In this document: one piece after another, positions 12,760 to 23,480 of the stretch
Position numbering within the stretch: the stretch's first letter is position 1
Layout: each line of letters starts with the position of its first letter
Source: Diploschistes diacapsis
Lineage: Eukaryota
Direction of reading: 5' to 3'
Assembly: GCA_023645945.1 (NCBI GenBank)
Contig: JALAIB010000014.1
Coordinates: 1-49,993 of the forward strand
DNA: 49,993 bases
Notes under the pieces: generated by a model
What the model was told of the DNA's origin: nothing
The model's database searches: none
Seen by the model: only the letters and a program-made list of their open reading frames with translations
Program-made: the position numbers and the translations under genes

Positions 12760-13620
12760 AGTGATCTCTCGATAAAGTTTAGAATGCTTCCAATAAAGTT
12801 TATTCGCAGGGCCGCTGCAACTGTCGTTCTTCGATCATATTCGATGAGCGTGTCCATTTAGTACTAAAGGACTTACACAATCCGAGTCACATCACAGAAA
12901 TTAACGCTGCCTTCTTTCTGTATGCCATTTGAAGGTTCCGCAGGAAGAAGGCGGGAGACAAAGCTAGGATTAGATTTGTGACTAGCCCAAAGCCTAGGTA
13001 TTAATAAGAAAATTATGCTAGGATAGGGAGGAGGGATCTAACGCACCTGACTGTAAGTAAACAATGCCTGCAAGAATGGAGGGGGTTTAAGCACCGAGTA
13101 GATGGCTGCAATTGAACGTCGATATCCCCAAAGCGCTTGCGTGGGATGCATTGAAACCAGAAAAGGATAAAAACCGCCAAATTTAAAAGCACAAGAAGGG
13201 TCATCAAGACATAGATGAAGAGGCGAAACCTTGGGTGGGTTCCCTTAAGCACCCGCAGGAGAAAAAGGGAAATTGAAAGCTTTATAAAAAGCACTGCTGG
13301 AATATTCTGAAGCTGAGATAATTCGTCCCAGAAGCGTGCGTTGAAGAGTTGGCTAGATGTCAAATAGAATGTGTGCCTTCCGAATCCGTTCGAGCAAGCT
13401 AATACGTTGAAAGTGAAGCCGAGGATTGAAACAATCTATATTGTTCTATCAGAGTTAAAGAGCAAGGAGAACAACTTGGGGCTCAAAGCAAGCGCTTCCA
13501 AGTACTTACATAAGCCACAACCATGGTGATATCGTCAGGCCCCAAAACAATGGACGATCCAGCTTCGAAGCGGATATCACACTGAGGCACAAGGCCCGCA
13601 TGATGGTGGGTGTCAGGCAT
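12760..13620 (-). pseudogene. PTH11/SAT4-like (rhodopsin-domain) integral membrane protein, degenerate
   Basis: GPDDITM, GFGRH, IKLSISLFLLR, FQCIP, FFLRNLQMAYRKK motifs. The first TM helix is missing, there is an in-frame TGA at 12889-12887, and the C-terminus is not traceable. Confidence 0.75.
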
Positions 13621-14214
13621 AAGAGATCGGGGAGGGATCACTCGTCCAAAGGCGGAGAGGATTGAAGATGGACAGTTGTAAGCCGAAATGTGAAGGGTAT
13701 GTAGTCTTTTGGTCGAGCCCGTGCATTGGTGCCGAGCGCCTAGTTTTCCTGCTTCTCAGCTCGCGCTGATCTTCCACTTTTAGCGGCAATCCAGTTTTGC
13801 AGGGTGAGCCCTGCGCGATCCAGAAAATGACAACACCGACTCTTTTCAAAGCTTAGACTTTGATGTAACGGTGGTGTGCGTACTTCGGCCTGAGACGAGG
13901 CAGGGCTCCGACTTTCTGATAGCTGATCTGGATGCCGTTTTAGGATACAGAGCAAAAACGCTCTGCTGGACAAACATAGCCGCAATGGCTTTGCTTCCTG
14001 AAACAGGCCTGTTGTATTCCTTATCACTCCATATTGCTGGGATAATTTTGCCAGGAAGCAGCTCAGGTGGCTTTTCAGGGTCGCTGTCACCAGCTACTCG
14101 GGAATCTACCGGGCCGAGAGTAGCTACAGATATATAAGATGTTCGAGATGACCAGCAGTCCTATTACCCTGTACTATGACTCCTAACCTGTATGAGGGTC
14201 GTTGATCTACTAAA

Positions 14215-15839
14215 ATGTTGACACCTAGTGGTGGAAGCATCGCTGTCAGGGCCATCAGTTTCCTTCTACTTTGGGTATGCGGCTTCGACCGTTATCGTTG
14301 TATGCCACCAACAAATTTATCAGATAGCATGTACCTGTATCTATTATGTCAACCTTCATCCTCTTGCAAACGTCCCAGGCCCTTTCATCGCAAAGCTCAG
14401 CAACCTTTTTGCAGCATACCACGCCTAAAAAGGTGATGTCCATCTAAGTATGGCAGAGACTCATGAGAAATACGGCAAGAAACCTTGGATCAGCTATAGT
14501 AGAAGCATTTCAGCTGATACGGTAGACTCAGGCGACATAGTTCGCTATGGTCCAAACAAATTGCTATCCAACTCGGTTACCGGTCTTTTGGTAAATACTT
14601 TCCCAGCTGACGCCCGGTTGTGCGTCCGGTTACGAACTAACCGCTGGTGGAGATATATACCGTAGCAAGCAAGTAAAAAAATCCAAAGGCTATTTGACCG
14701 TCATTCCGGCTCCCGGCGCGTACAGCGTGCACACTGCCATCGACAAGGAAATGCACCGTCGCAAGCGAAAAGTATTTAAGTCAGGGGCTTTCAGACGACA
14801 TCCTCAAACGCTTTGAGTCATCCATCACACGCTATGTGGAGATTTTTTGTCAAAATCTGCTTAAGAGCTTTGATATCATGGGCGAATTTGGTTTTGGACG
14901 GGACTTTCGGATGCAGACAGACTCGACGAATAAGTTTTTACCCGACGCCATTGTAGCCTCGAATGTTCGAACCAGCCTGTTTGTGCAGTACCCCGAGCTC
15001 GCAAAATTGAAGTTGGAGAAGCTTCTCTACCCTCAAGGAAGCTTAATGAGGCGTAGATTCTGAAACGTCACCAGAGAAACGGCCTTGAGTCGCGCTGGGT
15101 CTGCGAAGGACTCGAAGGAGGATCTGTTCTCATTTATCGTAGATGCCAAAGATCCGGAAACAGGCCAAGGATTTTCTTTGCCAGAGCTCTGGTCCGAAGC
15201 CAAATTCTTGATCGTTGCCGGATCCGACACATCTGCAACCGTTATCGCCGCCCTTCTCTTCTATCTAACGCCCATGCTTACAAAACTCTGCGGAACGAAG
15301 TCCGATCAACGTTCCCAATGCTCTCATCCATTCGCTCAGGCCCAGCCATGTTGAGCTGTATTTACCTTCGCGCCTGTATCAATGAGACCCTTCGAATGTC
15401 ACCTCCAGCAGGTGGCGCCATGTGGCGCGAGACAGAGCCCGGAGGGACGTAAATCGATAATAACTTCGTCCCCGGTGGTTATGATGTAGGAACATCTATG
15501 TACGCAATTCATCATAACCCGTCCTACTATCCCGAGCCGTACGAATTCTTGCCAGAGCGTTGGATCCCAAGCGAGAACTTTCCACAAAGCCATATCGACA
15601 GAGCACACGATGCGCTTAATCCGTTCTCGCTCGGATCCAGGGGCTGTATCGGACGCGGCCTAGCATATATGGAGTTGAGCAACGTTATAGCAACATTAGC
15701 TTGGCGAACAAATCTCCGGAAACCAGAAGGTCAGTTGAGTAAGGTTGGCGAGGGTACTCCAGGTTTAACCAAGCTTATGGATCATCTGACGAGCCAGAAG
15801 GATGGTCCCTACATCCAATTCCGACCAAGGGATTTGTGA
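14215..15839 (+). pseudogene. Cytochrome P450 pseudogene
   Basis: HPLANVPGP, VRYGPN, IVAGSDTS (I-helix), ETLR (ExxR), PERW, PFSLGSRGCIG (haem Cys). Stops at 14426 and about 15450, frameshifts near 14775 and 15060, and internal deletions. Confidence 0.9.
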
Positions 15840-16189
15840 ATCCACAACTTACCATCTTAAAGTTATTTTCTTCATATCAAACCTCAATAATTAGGTCCGA
15901 GCCACGCCAAGAGTAAGGGAAGAGAAGGAATCGCTGGTGTTTTGTGGTAAAGAAAAAGCATGTCTTGTTGAGAGTGGTTATTCGGAGATTGAATTAATAA
16001 TTATAAAAATCCGTGCTTGCGATAAATTTCGTTCAAGCTCCGTTCTCAATATGCTCACCCTGACCTCACCATTCCAAAACGAGACGCTTCATCAATTAAC
16101 CTTCAACGTCCTTCGCCGCCCTCCCCTCCCTCCACCTTTGATCCCCCAACACCATTCCCACACCCTTCCCTTCCACTCACCCGGCAGTC

Positions 16190-16620
16190 CACCCTAAAAC
16201 CCCTCCTATCACAAACCCACATCACAAACATCGGATCCTTCTGAATCATCTCTCCCTCCTCCCCCATGCTCATGTCCGAACCTATACCCTCTCCCATACC
16301 CGCTATGGCCGCATCCGGCCTCTCTGCCCCGGCAGACGCGGTCTCAGCAGCCGAGACCCTGCCGCGGCGCTTAGCAGCTTGCTTTTTGAGGAGACGGTTG
16401 ATAGTGTCTCGCATCTCTTCGTTGTTACATTTTTCCGACAGACTTTTGCGCCATGCGACATGCCAAAGCGGCGGCAGCCTTTTGCTCGTCGGAAAGGACG
16501 AGCTTGACTGGACCATCGCTCTTCGCCTTCCGCGTCCTCCTCATCATCCTCTTCATTCCCCTCTGCATTTACCTCCTCGTCCTCCACCTCAGCATCGCCA
16601 ATGTCCTTATCTGCCCTCAT
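16190..16620 (-). pseudogene. IES2: Fragment of INO80 complex subunit Ies2 (PAPA-1 domain), degenerate or chimeric
   Basis: RKSLSEKCNNEEMRDTINRLLKKQAAKRRGR and DPMFVMWV match the Ies2/PAPA-1 C-terminal signature. An acidic EDAEGE tract lies upstream in another frame; most of the gene is absent. Confidence 0.7.
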
Positions 16621-17604
16621 ACTCAGCGTCCTTGATACGCTCGAAAATATTTTAAAAAGCGTTCTTTATCGGTACGTACAAATTCTAACTAAATATTATA
16701 ACGTGTTTGATGGGAACTCGACCACCCCCAGAACTCGGCTATTTTATATTGCGATTTTCGTCTTGCTTTAATTTATAGACTCTGAAATCGGATCATATAT
16801 CAATTTCCAATTATTGTTCGCGTATTTAAAGTCTCTCGTTCAATTATTATAGGTTAATAGTATTATTAATAATCGCAAAATGGTTTACATTAGCGATATA
16901 GGATTGCCATGGTCTAGTCCAGTCTACAATAGCCCATGCGCTCAAGATCTTGTTGAGCTTCTCCAACTTTATCCAGCTCCTCCTAACATAATAAGTTGCC
17001 TTGTCTGAACGATGCGGCCACCCTTGCTACCCCGCAATGCTACCTCTCATCCAGACGCCTAAAATATAGGCTCTAGAATAGAAGCGGGAGATCCGAGTAT
17101 CTGCTCCCCGTCCACCGTGACATCGCTACTTCCCTGCAACCGAGTCAGCCATATGGAGCTGGCCTCGATCCCTTGCTGATACTAGCAGTTCCAAAGCCTC
17201 AATCAAGGATGGCAATCGAATTTCTCGCCGCAGGAAACCACCGACATCCGAACAACTATCGCGGATCCAATGCAAGTTGCCACATTAACCTCCACCGGAA
17301 TTAAAATTTACTGCCAGCCTGGCACGGACCATGAACATGGCTCCTCTTACGATTTCAGCCAATGCCAGAGACACATAATGATAACGACATTAGCGCAAAG
17401 AGCGCTCCTTTGCGCCCAGCCATAATGCATCGCAGCCACCCCCTTCTGAGCGACTTCGAGTACTCTGCTAGGACACTGACACCATAATATAGTTTACAGT
17501 CGCACCTGCCTTACGTTCACTTTCAGACCAAGATGTCTGTTTCAACTTGCTGACAATTCCTACTTGCACGATTCGCACTTCATGTACGCAGTCAACCAAC
17601 TGCC

Positions 17605-18753
17605 ATGACTAGTCCCTCACCACAATTCGACCAGATCATCATGGCATCCAAAGATCCTACCTCCAAAGTCAAAGTTCTCTACCTACCGTCTCAAGGACCA
17701 CCCGAACTCCGTACGATAAGTGATCAAAGCTACACCCCGACCCATGGCCAATCCCTGGTTCGCGTGCTCTACAGCGGTATCAACCCTGCCGACCTCAAGC
17801 ACCGCTCTCTGGGAATTCACTCCACGATCGTCGGCTATGACTACTGCGGCCAAGTCCTCCAGAGCTCTCCCGGCTCGCCTTTCAAGCCCGGCGACATGAT
17901 CGCAGGCTGCACTCCCTCCGGCGTCTCCCGCCTACTTGGTTACGGCACGCATCAAGCGCGCATACTCGCAGTCAACGACATGGCGTTCAAAGTCCCACCC
18001 AACCTCCCTCTCCCCGCAGCCGGCGGGCTGACAGTCTGTCTACGCGCAGCAATCGTTGCGATCCACATCCACCTCCGTCTACCCCTGCCATGGTCTCCCG
18101 GCACCCCCGGTCCTATACTGATTTGGGGCGGAGCATCCGTTGTTGGCTCCTGCGCTCTGCAGCTGGCCAAGGCGTCTGGCTGCCACCCCATCTACACGAC
18201 CGCTTCGCCACACCATCACACGGGACTCCTCCAAGTAGGTGCTACCCGTTGCTTCGATTACCGTGCACCTGATGTGGTGTCTCAAATCCGCGCCGCCGCT
18301 GCCTCGGACTCGGTGCGCCTCACTATGGCTTTCGATGCTGTTGGTCTGCCTTCTTCCTCGGGGCTTGAGATCGAATACTACCGCGCTCACGCGAGTGAAC
18401 ATATGGCGGAGAAGTGTTTCGACGCGCTGGACGCTGGCTCGAGGTCCGCGACACCGCCGCGGGTCGTTACCACTGTGTCGGGAGGCAGTGGAAGAGCTCG
18501 AGTGCTGAATGCGATGCCGGACTGGGATGTTGACTGGGATATCCCTGGGCATGGGCCAACAGTGCTGGATTCGAAGCCCAAGGAAGCGGAGGAGATGCTG
18601 GAGGTGATAGAGTGGGTCGCGGAGAATTATGGTAAGAAAGGGGGTCTGAGACTACTGAGGGTCAAGGTTGTGGAGTGGGAGGATGCAGTAGCGGAGCTTG
18701 AAAGATGCGCTGAAGGGGGTACGGGAGGCGAGAAGGTCGTGATTAAACATTAG
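17605..18753 (+). CDS. MDR-family trans-enoyl reductase-like oxidoreductase (LovC-like/GroES fold), intronless ORF
   Basis: VRVLYSGINPADLKH, GYDYCGQV, ILIWGGASVVGSCALQLAKASG, TTASPHH, FDYR, terminal EKVVI. The true start may be ATG 17641. Confidence 0.88.
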   Translation: MTSPSPQFDQIIMASKDPTSKVKVLYLPSQGPPELRTISDQSYTPTHGQSLVRVLYSGINPADLKHRSLGIHSTIVGYDYCGQVLQSSPGSPFKPGDMIAGCTPSGVSRLLGYGTHQARILAVNDMAFKVPPNLPLPAAGGLTVCLRAAIVAIHIHLRLPLPWSPGTPGPILIWGGASVVGSCALQLAKASGCHPIYTTASPHHHTGLLQVGATRCFDYRAPDVVSQIRAAAASDSVRLTMAFDAVGLPSSSGLEIEYYRAHASEHMAEKCFDALDAGSRSATPPRVVTTVSGGSGRARVLNAMPDWDVDWDIPGHGPTVLDSKPKEAEEMLEVIEWVAENYGKKGGLRLLRVKVVEWEDAVAELERCAEGGTGGEKVVIKH

Positions 18754-19052
18754 CGTGGGCCAAGACATGATGGTAATGGCTAGACGAGTTAATGGCTGAT
18801 TCGAGCGATGGAGTTCTAGCAGGGAGATAGCACAGGCTGTTGAAGCAATGGACTATCAGTTGATTTGTAGCGGAGAGACGGTGCTGTTTATTGACTGGCT
18901 ATTGCTATTGCGAAGCCACATCGTACGAGGAAGATCTTTCGGGCATACGCTTTGGAATTAATGCGAGGTTATTGCTTCCGTAAGTCTAGAAGCATAAAGC
19001 CCTCAGAGCTAAGCCTTACAGATGCGACAGCTGGATTCCGAGTCAAAGTTAA

Positions 19053-19330
19053 GGCCCTGTTTGGCGCCCCGTAGAGCTGCCTCTACGTAGATGGTGGCCG
19101 TCATCTATGTAGAGCTGCTCCATGTGCAGCCAAACAGGGCCTAAAGCTTATCGAGACCTCTCGAGGTCTCGACAAGCTCTACGCAGATTTTGATGGTGTA
19201 GAGCTCCTACGACGTCTACGTAGGAGCTCTACGAAAAGGGGCGTTTGGTGGGAGCGTAGAGTATCATGTGACCTCGTACAATCTACGCAGGAGCTCTACA
19301 CATGCTCTACGCTGACCACCAAACAGGGCC
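19053..19330. mobile_element. Tourist/PIF-Harbinger-like MITE (compound or nested)
   Basis: Perfect 13-bp TIR GGCCCTGTTTGGC (19053) / GCCAAACAGGGCC (19129-19141) flanked by TAA on both sides; a second right end CCAAACAGGGCC+TAA at 19319-19333; several internal hairpins. Confidence 0.75.
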
Positions 19331-19345
19331 TAAAGAAGTGACTTT

Positions 19346-19452
19346 GATAACGTGTTTCACCAGGAAACGGGTCACACCACGAAGCGGGTCATACATTATA
19401 ATGTAGTGTTCCGCTTCGCGGGGTGTTCCGTTTCCTAGGGAAAGACGTTATC
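19346..19452. repeat. 107-bp fold-back (long imperfect inverted repeat)
   Basis: Left arm GATAACGTGTTTCACCAGGAAACGGG..CACACCACGAAGCGG pairs with right arm CCGCTTCGCGGGGTG..TCCGTTTCCTAGGGAAAGACGTTATC around the palindromic core TACATTATAATGTA. Confidence 0.85.
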
Positions 19453-19739
19453 CCTTGGCGGTCAGCTTATCTCAGCATTCTCTTGGCATCTCCTGCTGCG
19501 AGAAAATCTTGGCATCCACGGGCATCTTTCAGTTCTGTTGCGGTAGACGTTTTACCATCTCCTTGCACGCTGCAAGGAAAAAGAAATTGAGCTTGACGCT
19601 ACATGTCGATACAATCTCCTCTCTCCCGACCCGATTCGGTCTTCATGGGTACCGCTCGTTGGATTGTACGGTGGGACTTCGCTGGCGGTGAGCGGGTGGA
19701 CATGGGCTTCAAAGGTTCTCTTAATCATGGCTATCTGAT

Positions 19740-20934
19740 TTCCGAACCAGGGGAAGACAGGGGTTTTCTTTGTTTTTGTTGACGAGATCGGACTCCTAGA
19801 AAATACTACAGAAATTAAACGCGGTCGTCGCCTAGATAAATACCATTACCGGAAATGTTTTCGCCGGAAAGCAAGCGTCTTTAGGATCTATGAGAAAATT
19901 ACTAAGAAAGGTCGCTTGGAACTGGACGATGGCTTGAAAGAGTTAATGTCGTAGGGCTGTCCCCGAGCTTGGTGAGGATCCAAGGGATGGCAAATATAGA
20001 GACGCTTTGATGGGACGACCAAAAACCACAAACCACGACGAGCAAATCTCGGCAAAGCAAGAGCATGGAAGGAACATATTCTAGTTTCCCTGTTTATGGT
20101 GGTGGTTTATTTAAATCTGTTGGCCTTTGCGTAGACAAGTAGCCTGAAGGACTCTCCGGGCACCTTGGACAGCAAGTTGAGATGTAAACGCCACGGAGAA
20201 GCGGAGACTAGAGAAGGAAGCAACTATTGGCCAATCCGTTTGTGGACTTTGATCTGAACAATTAATGGGACCACGAGTCTCTTTCCATGGATTATGAAGA
20301 ATGCGAAAAATTCCTTAAAAGTTGTCCGAAGGTTGGTATGCACCGACAACGGCCCTTGAAAAAGTCCGCTGCGGCTGCCACGCCACGGAATCTCTCGAGT
20401 AAAGGGCAGGAGAGAGAGACAAAGCCCACGGAACAGCCTACAAAATCGTCATGGAATCGTAGCGGCGGACATTTATATCTATCTATGCACACGGAAGATT
20501 TGACCAACCGCTTTCCCTGCGGAAATCATGATGTAGAGGGCGGAATGTATTCCTTAGGCGTCTGGTTTTTGCTCGCGCCATCAAGTTGGTTTCTTTTTGT
20601 TCTTTCATCCTATAACGTCGATAATCAACGGGGAGTTTTCATCAACCCTCTTAAGAAAAAAAGAGAATTGGATCCACGCCTTCTATGTCTGTCGAAACCC
20701 CGTCCGCGCCCAACCCTTACTCTCCTCCGAGACGCTGCCGGTCGGACAAGCCCATATAGACACACTCGGCCCAATGGTTTATTATACAGGGTCGGGGATG
20801 ATAAGCATATGCCGGACAAGAAATCACTTCCTCAAGCCACACACGTGTTAAAAGAAATAATTAACGTCTTCTTTCCCTGCGCGACGCATTCTTATCTTCC
20901 TGTCTCCATTATTTCTAAAATGGTTGAAAGCTGA
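19740..20934 (+). pseudogene. Degenerate orphan coding region, family not recognised
   Basis: The frame upstream of ORF 20287-20934 stays protein-like (HLGQQVEM*TPRRSGD*RRKQLLANPFVDFDLNN*WDHESLSMDYEECEK) and is broken only by TAA/TAG. Boundaries are approximate. Confidence 0.35.
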
Positions 20935-21119
20935 GAATAGGTGAGCACTATTCCCTTCCCTGTAGCCGCTGCTGTTGGCGATTCGCCGTTCTATCCAAGG
21001 GATAACGAGCCCTTTTTTATCGGGACAATTCTTTAACGAGACCCGTGATGTGCCCCTTCTTCCAACAATCATGGGAGACATTCAATATGCCCCGCTCCCA
21101 TCCCAGCCCTACGGTAAGT

Positions 21120-22456
21120 TTATTGGCTTGTATGCTCGATGTTGACCCCACTCGTGGCCACCTGGCAGAGATCCCCGTCCTCGAAAACCACATTGAAGTC
21201 CCTCCTTACCTCGATCCCATTCTTAGGATTCGGACTTGTCCCCTCCCCCGGCAACCTCTGAAACCTTCCTTCCACGGTCTCCCGTGCTTGCATATTGCTC
21301 CTCTCCCCATTCTTCGGTCCCCTCTCCATCAGATGCAAACCTCCTACCTTGCCCCGAATTCGATAGCCACCATAACCGCCCCACGTGTGATCAGCTGGCC
21401 TTGTTTGGCTGGTAGCGGCGTATGCCAAATGCAGCCGATGCATGGCTGAAAGAAAAAGCGGGCGCAGAGGGGGCAAGCAGGCAGCGATCAAGTACGTGGC
21501 GGGCTCGGTGATAGTCCAGACATTGAGTAAGGAGGACTTCCAGGTAGGGTCCTGCAGAGCATCGGATTGGAAGAAGATGGCGAAGCGGACGCAGGAGGCT
21601 ATGATGCCACTATTGAGGGGAGGCAAGAGCAGTTAGTGCGTACACTGAGAAGAAGGGCGGGTGGGGAATGAGGGCGATAATTGGAGATGGAGTATGGAGG
21701 GATTCGTAGGGCAAGGAGCTTACATGCTACCGGTCAAGAAAACGCCGGTCAGACCGAGTTTCTGCGAGCGCGGGAGGTTGAGCCGCCAGATCATAGGCAT
21801 GGGGAGCACAAGCATCACGAAGTCTGTGATGATGCTTGGAAGCGAGAGGTAGCGGAAGTAGGCAAGAATGTTGAAGCTTTGGCACTTGGATGCCGTGGGA
21901 TCCCATTGGCAGCCCACGGGCCGGGATTGGAGGATGTTCGCGATTGTCGAGCCGAACCACGACGCTGTGACGATGGCGGCGAGCGCGTAGGTCGTGCAGA
22001 GCATTCGCTTGGGGGCGAAGATGCGCGCGTAGATGGCGAGGATGGTGAGCTTGCCGAGAGCGACAGAGAGGAGGTAGGTGAGCTCAACAGCAAAGAGGAC
22101 CTTGGCCCAGCTGAATATAACTAGCGGGTTATACACTTTCCAGTGCTCGATATGGTATCCAACCCCACCATCTGTGACAAGGACTGAGAGGCTCGTTTAG
22201 GTCACTAAAAGGCGTTTGGGCGTGAGAGGGTCTTACGAATACCCTCCACTTGAAGTGCCAGATTGGCTGTAAGTGCGGGTACGATCAAATAACTGTCCCA
22301 TCCTGATTCTGCCATTGTAAATAATCGAGTATAGAACCGCAGCCCAACAAAGGTTAGGCCCAGGATTATAAAAGCGACGCAGGTGCCTAAGAGTTGCCGG
22401 CCGCAGTAATCATTAAGAAGATCCGGCGGAAAGTCCGACGGCGATGATCGAGACAT
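21120..22456 (-). CDS. PTH11/SAT4-like rhodopsin-domain membrane protein (no CFEM), 3 exons, apparently intact
   Basis: FVGLRFYTR, GWDSYL, GGVGYH, KLTILAIYARIF, ITDFVMLVLPMPMIWRLNLPRSQKLGLTGVF, WTITEPATYLIAACLPPLRPLF. Confidence 0.88.
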
Positions 22457-23480
22457 TTGGACTTGCTCGCTGTAGAAGCACGGGATTTGAATATAGGATC
22501 AGACAAATGCTGACGGACGAGCAGGGCATAGTGCCATCAAGAAAGGAGCAAAAGCGACGAGGGTTTTGCCGCGAGTTTGGAAAATGAGAGATAACTTGCT
22601 TCGACGAGGGTGATAAATCAGTCGCTCCTGCTAAGTAGAGACAGCTTACCGTAGGCTATCAGTGATTGATATGGTAGACCGCGCACGAAAACTTGAAGAT
22701 GATGGTGTAGGCCAGTCGGATGCTACTATTGACTCAGCGTCAATGGAGGAGTCGATCTGTGAGCAGGAGAAGGAGAGATAGTTGCGATCTCGATCGCGTG
22801 CATCTGAGCTCAGCCATCCTGCGTGTGGAGCTTCATGTCATACATCATCATACTCCATACATTTATGGAAAATGGACATAGCTGCTAACGTCCCATTTGA
22901 GCAGCAGTAACGTGTAGTGTGGACCAACGGTTGACTGTTTTTGGCAATCTCGCGCGAGGCACACCATTTTGATTTCTGGAGTCAGTTGTTTGTTAAAACA
23001 TACATACATAGCGTGGGGATGGGAATGTGGCTACAGAAGACAGCATTGTCTCGGCCATAATCTACGCTTTTAGCATCTCGGCGAGAAATCGCTCAATAAT
23101 CGCTGAGGCGCGTTGTTGTTGCACCTTTCCACGCGGCTGTACCCTTCCTGCGGGATGGGTCGAAGCGCCAATCAATCCCAAACTAAAGAGTCTCTTCGCT
23201 ATGGATCTGGCAATCACATCATCATCTGAATCTGGGAACTGAGATTTACCTCAATGCTTACCATATCATGTCTTCAACGGGAATAGTAGAAGCCGTTCCT
23301 TGGGCAATCATGCTTACTGATCAGAGTTGCTGAGCTGTTATATTTTATTTTCTCCACTCACTTATGCTCCTATTTCTTAACTGTCTATCTACATCGAGCT
23401 TCTGAAGCCTATCAGCCTCCTGTATCACTTGTAGGGGGCTGGCTGAGCATAACACCTCCGAAAGGAACCCAGGTCCAGCC

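Noticed and set aside
8611..15839. Frameshifts as programmed recoding or sequencing errors
   Set aside because: Lesions are heterogeneous (indels, nonsense codons, deletions), lack slippery-site patterns and are confined to accessory genes, so ordinary pseudogenisation fits best.
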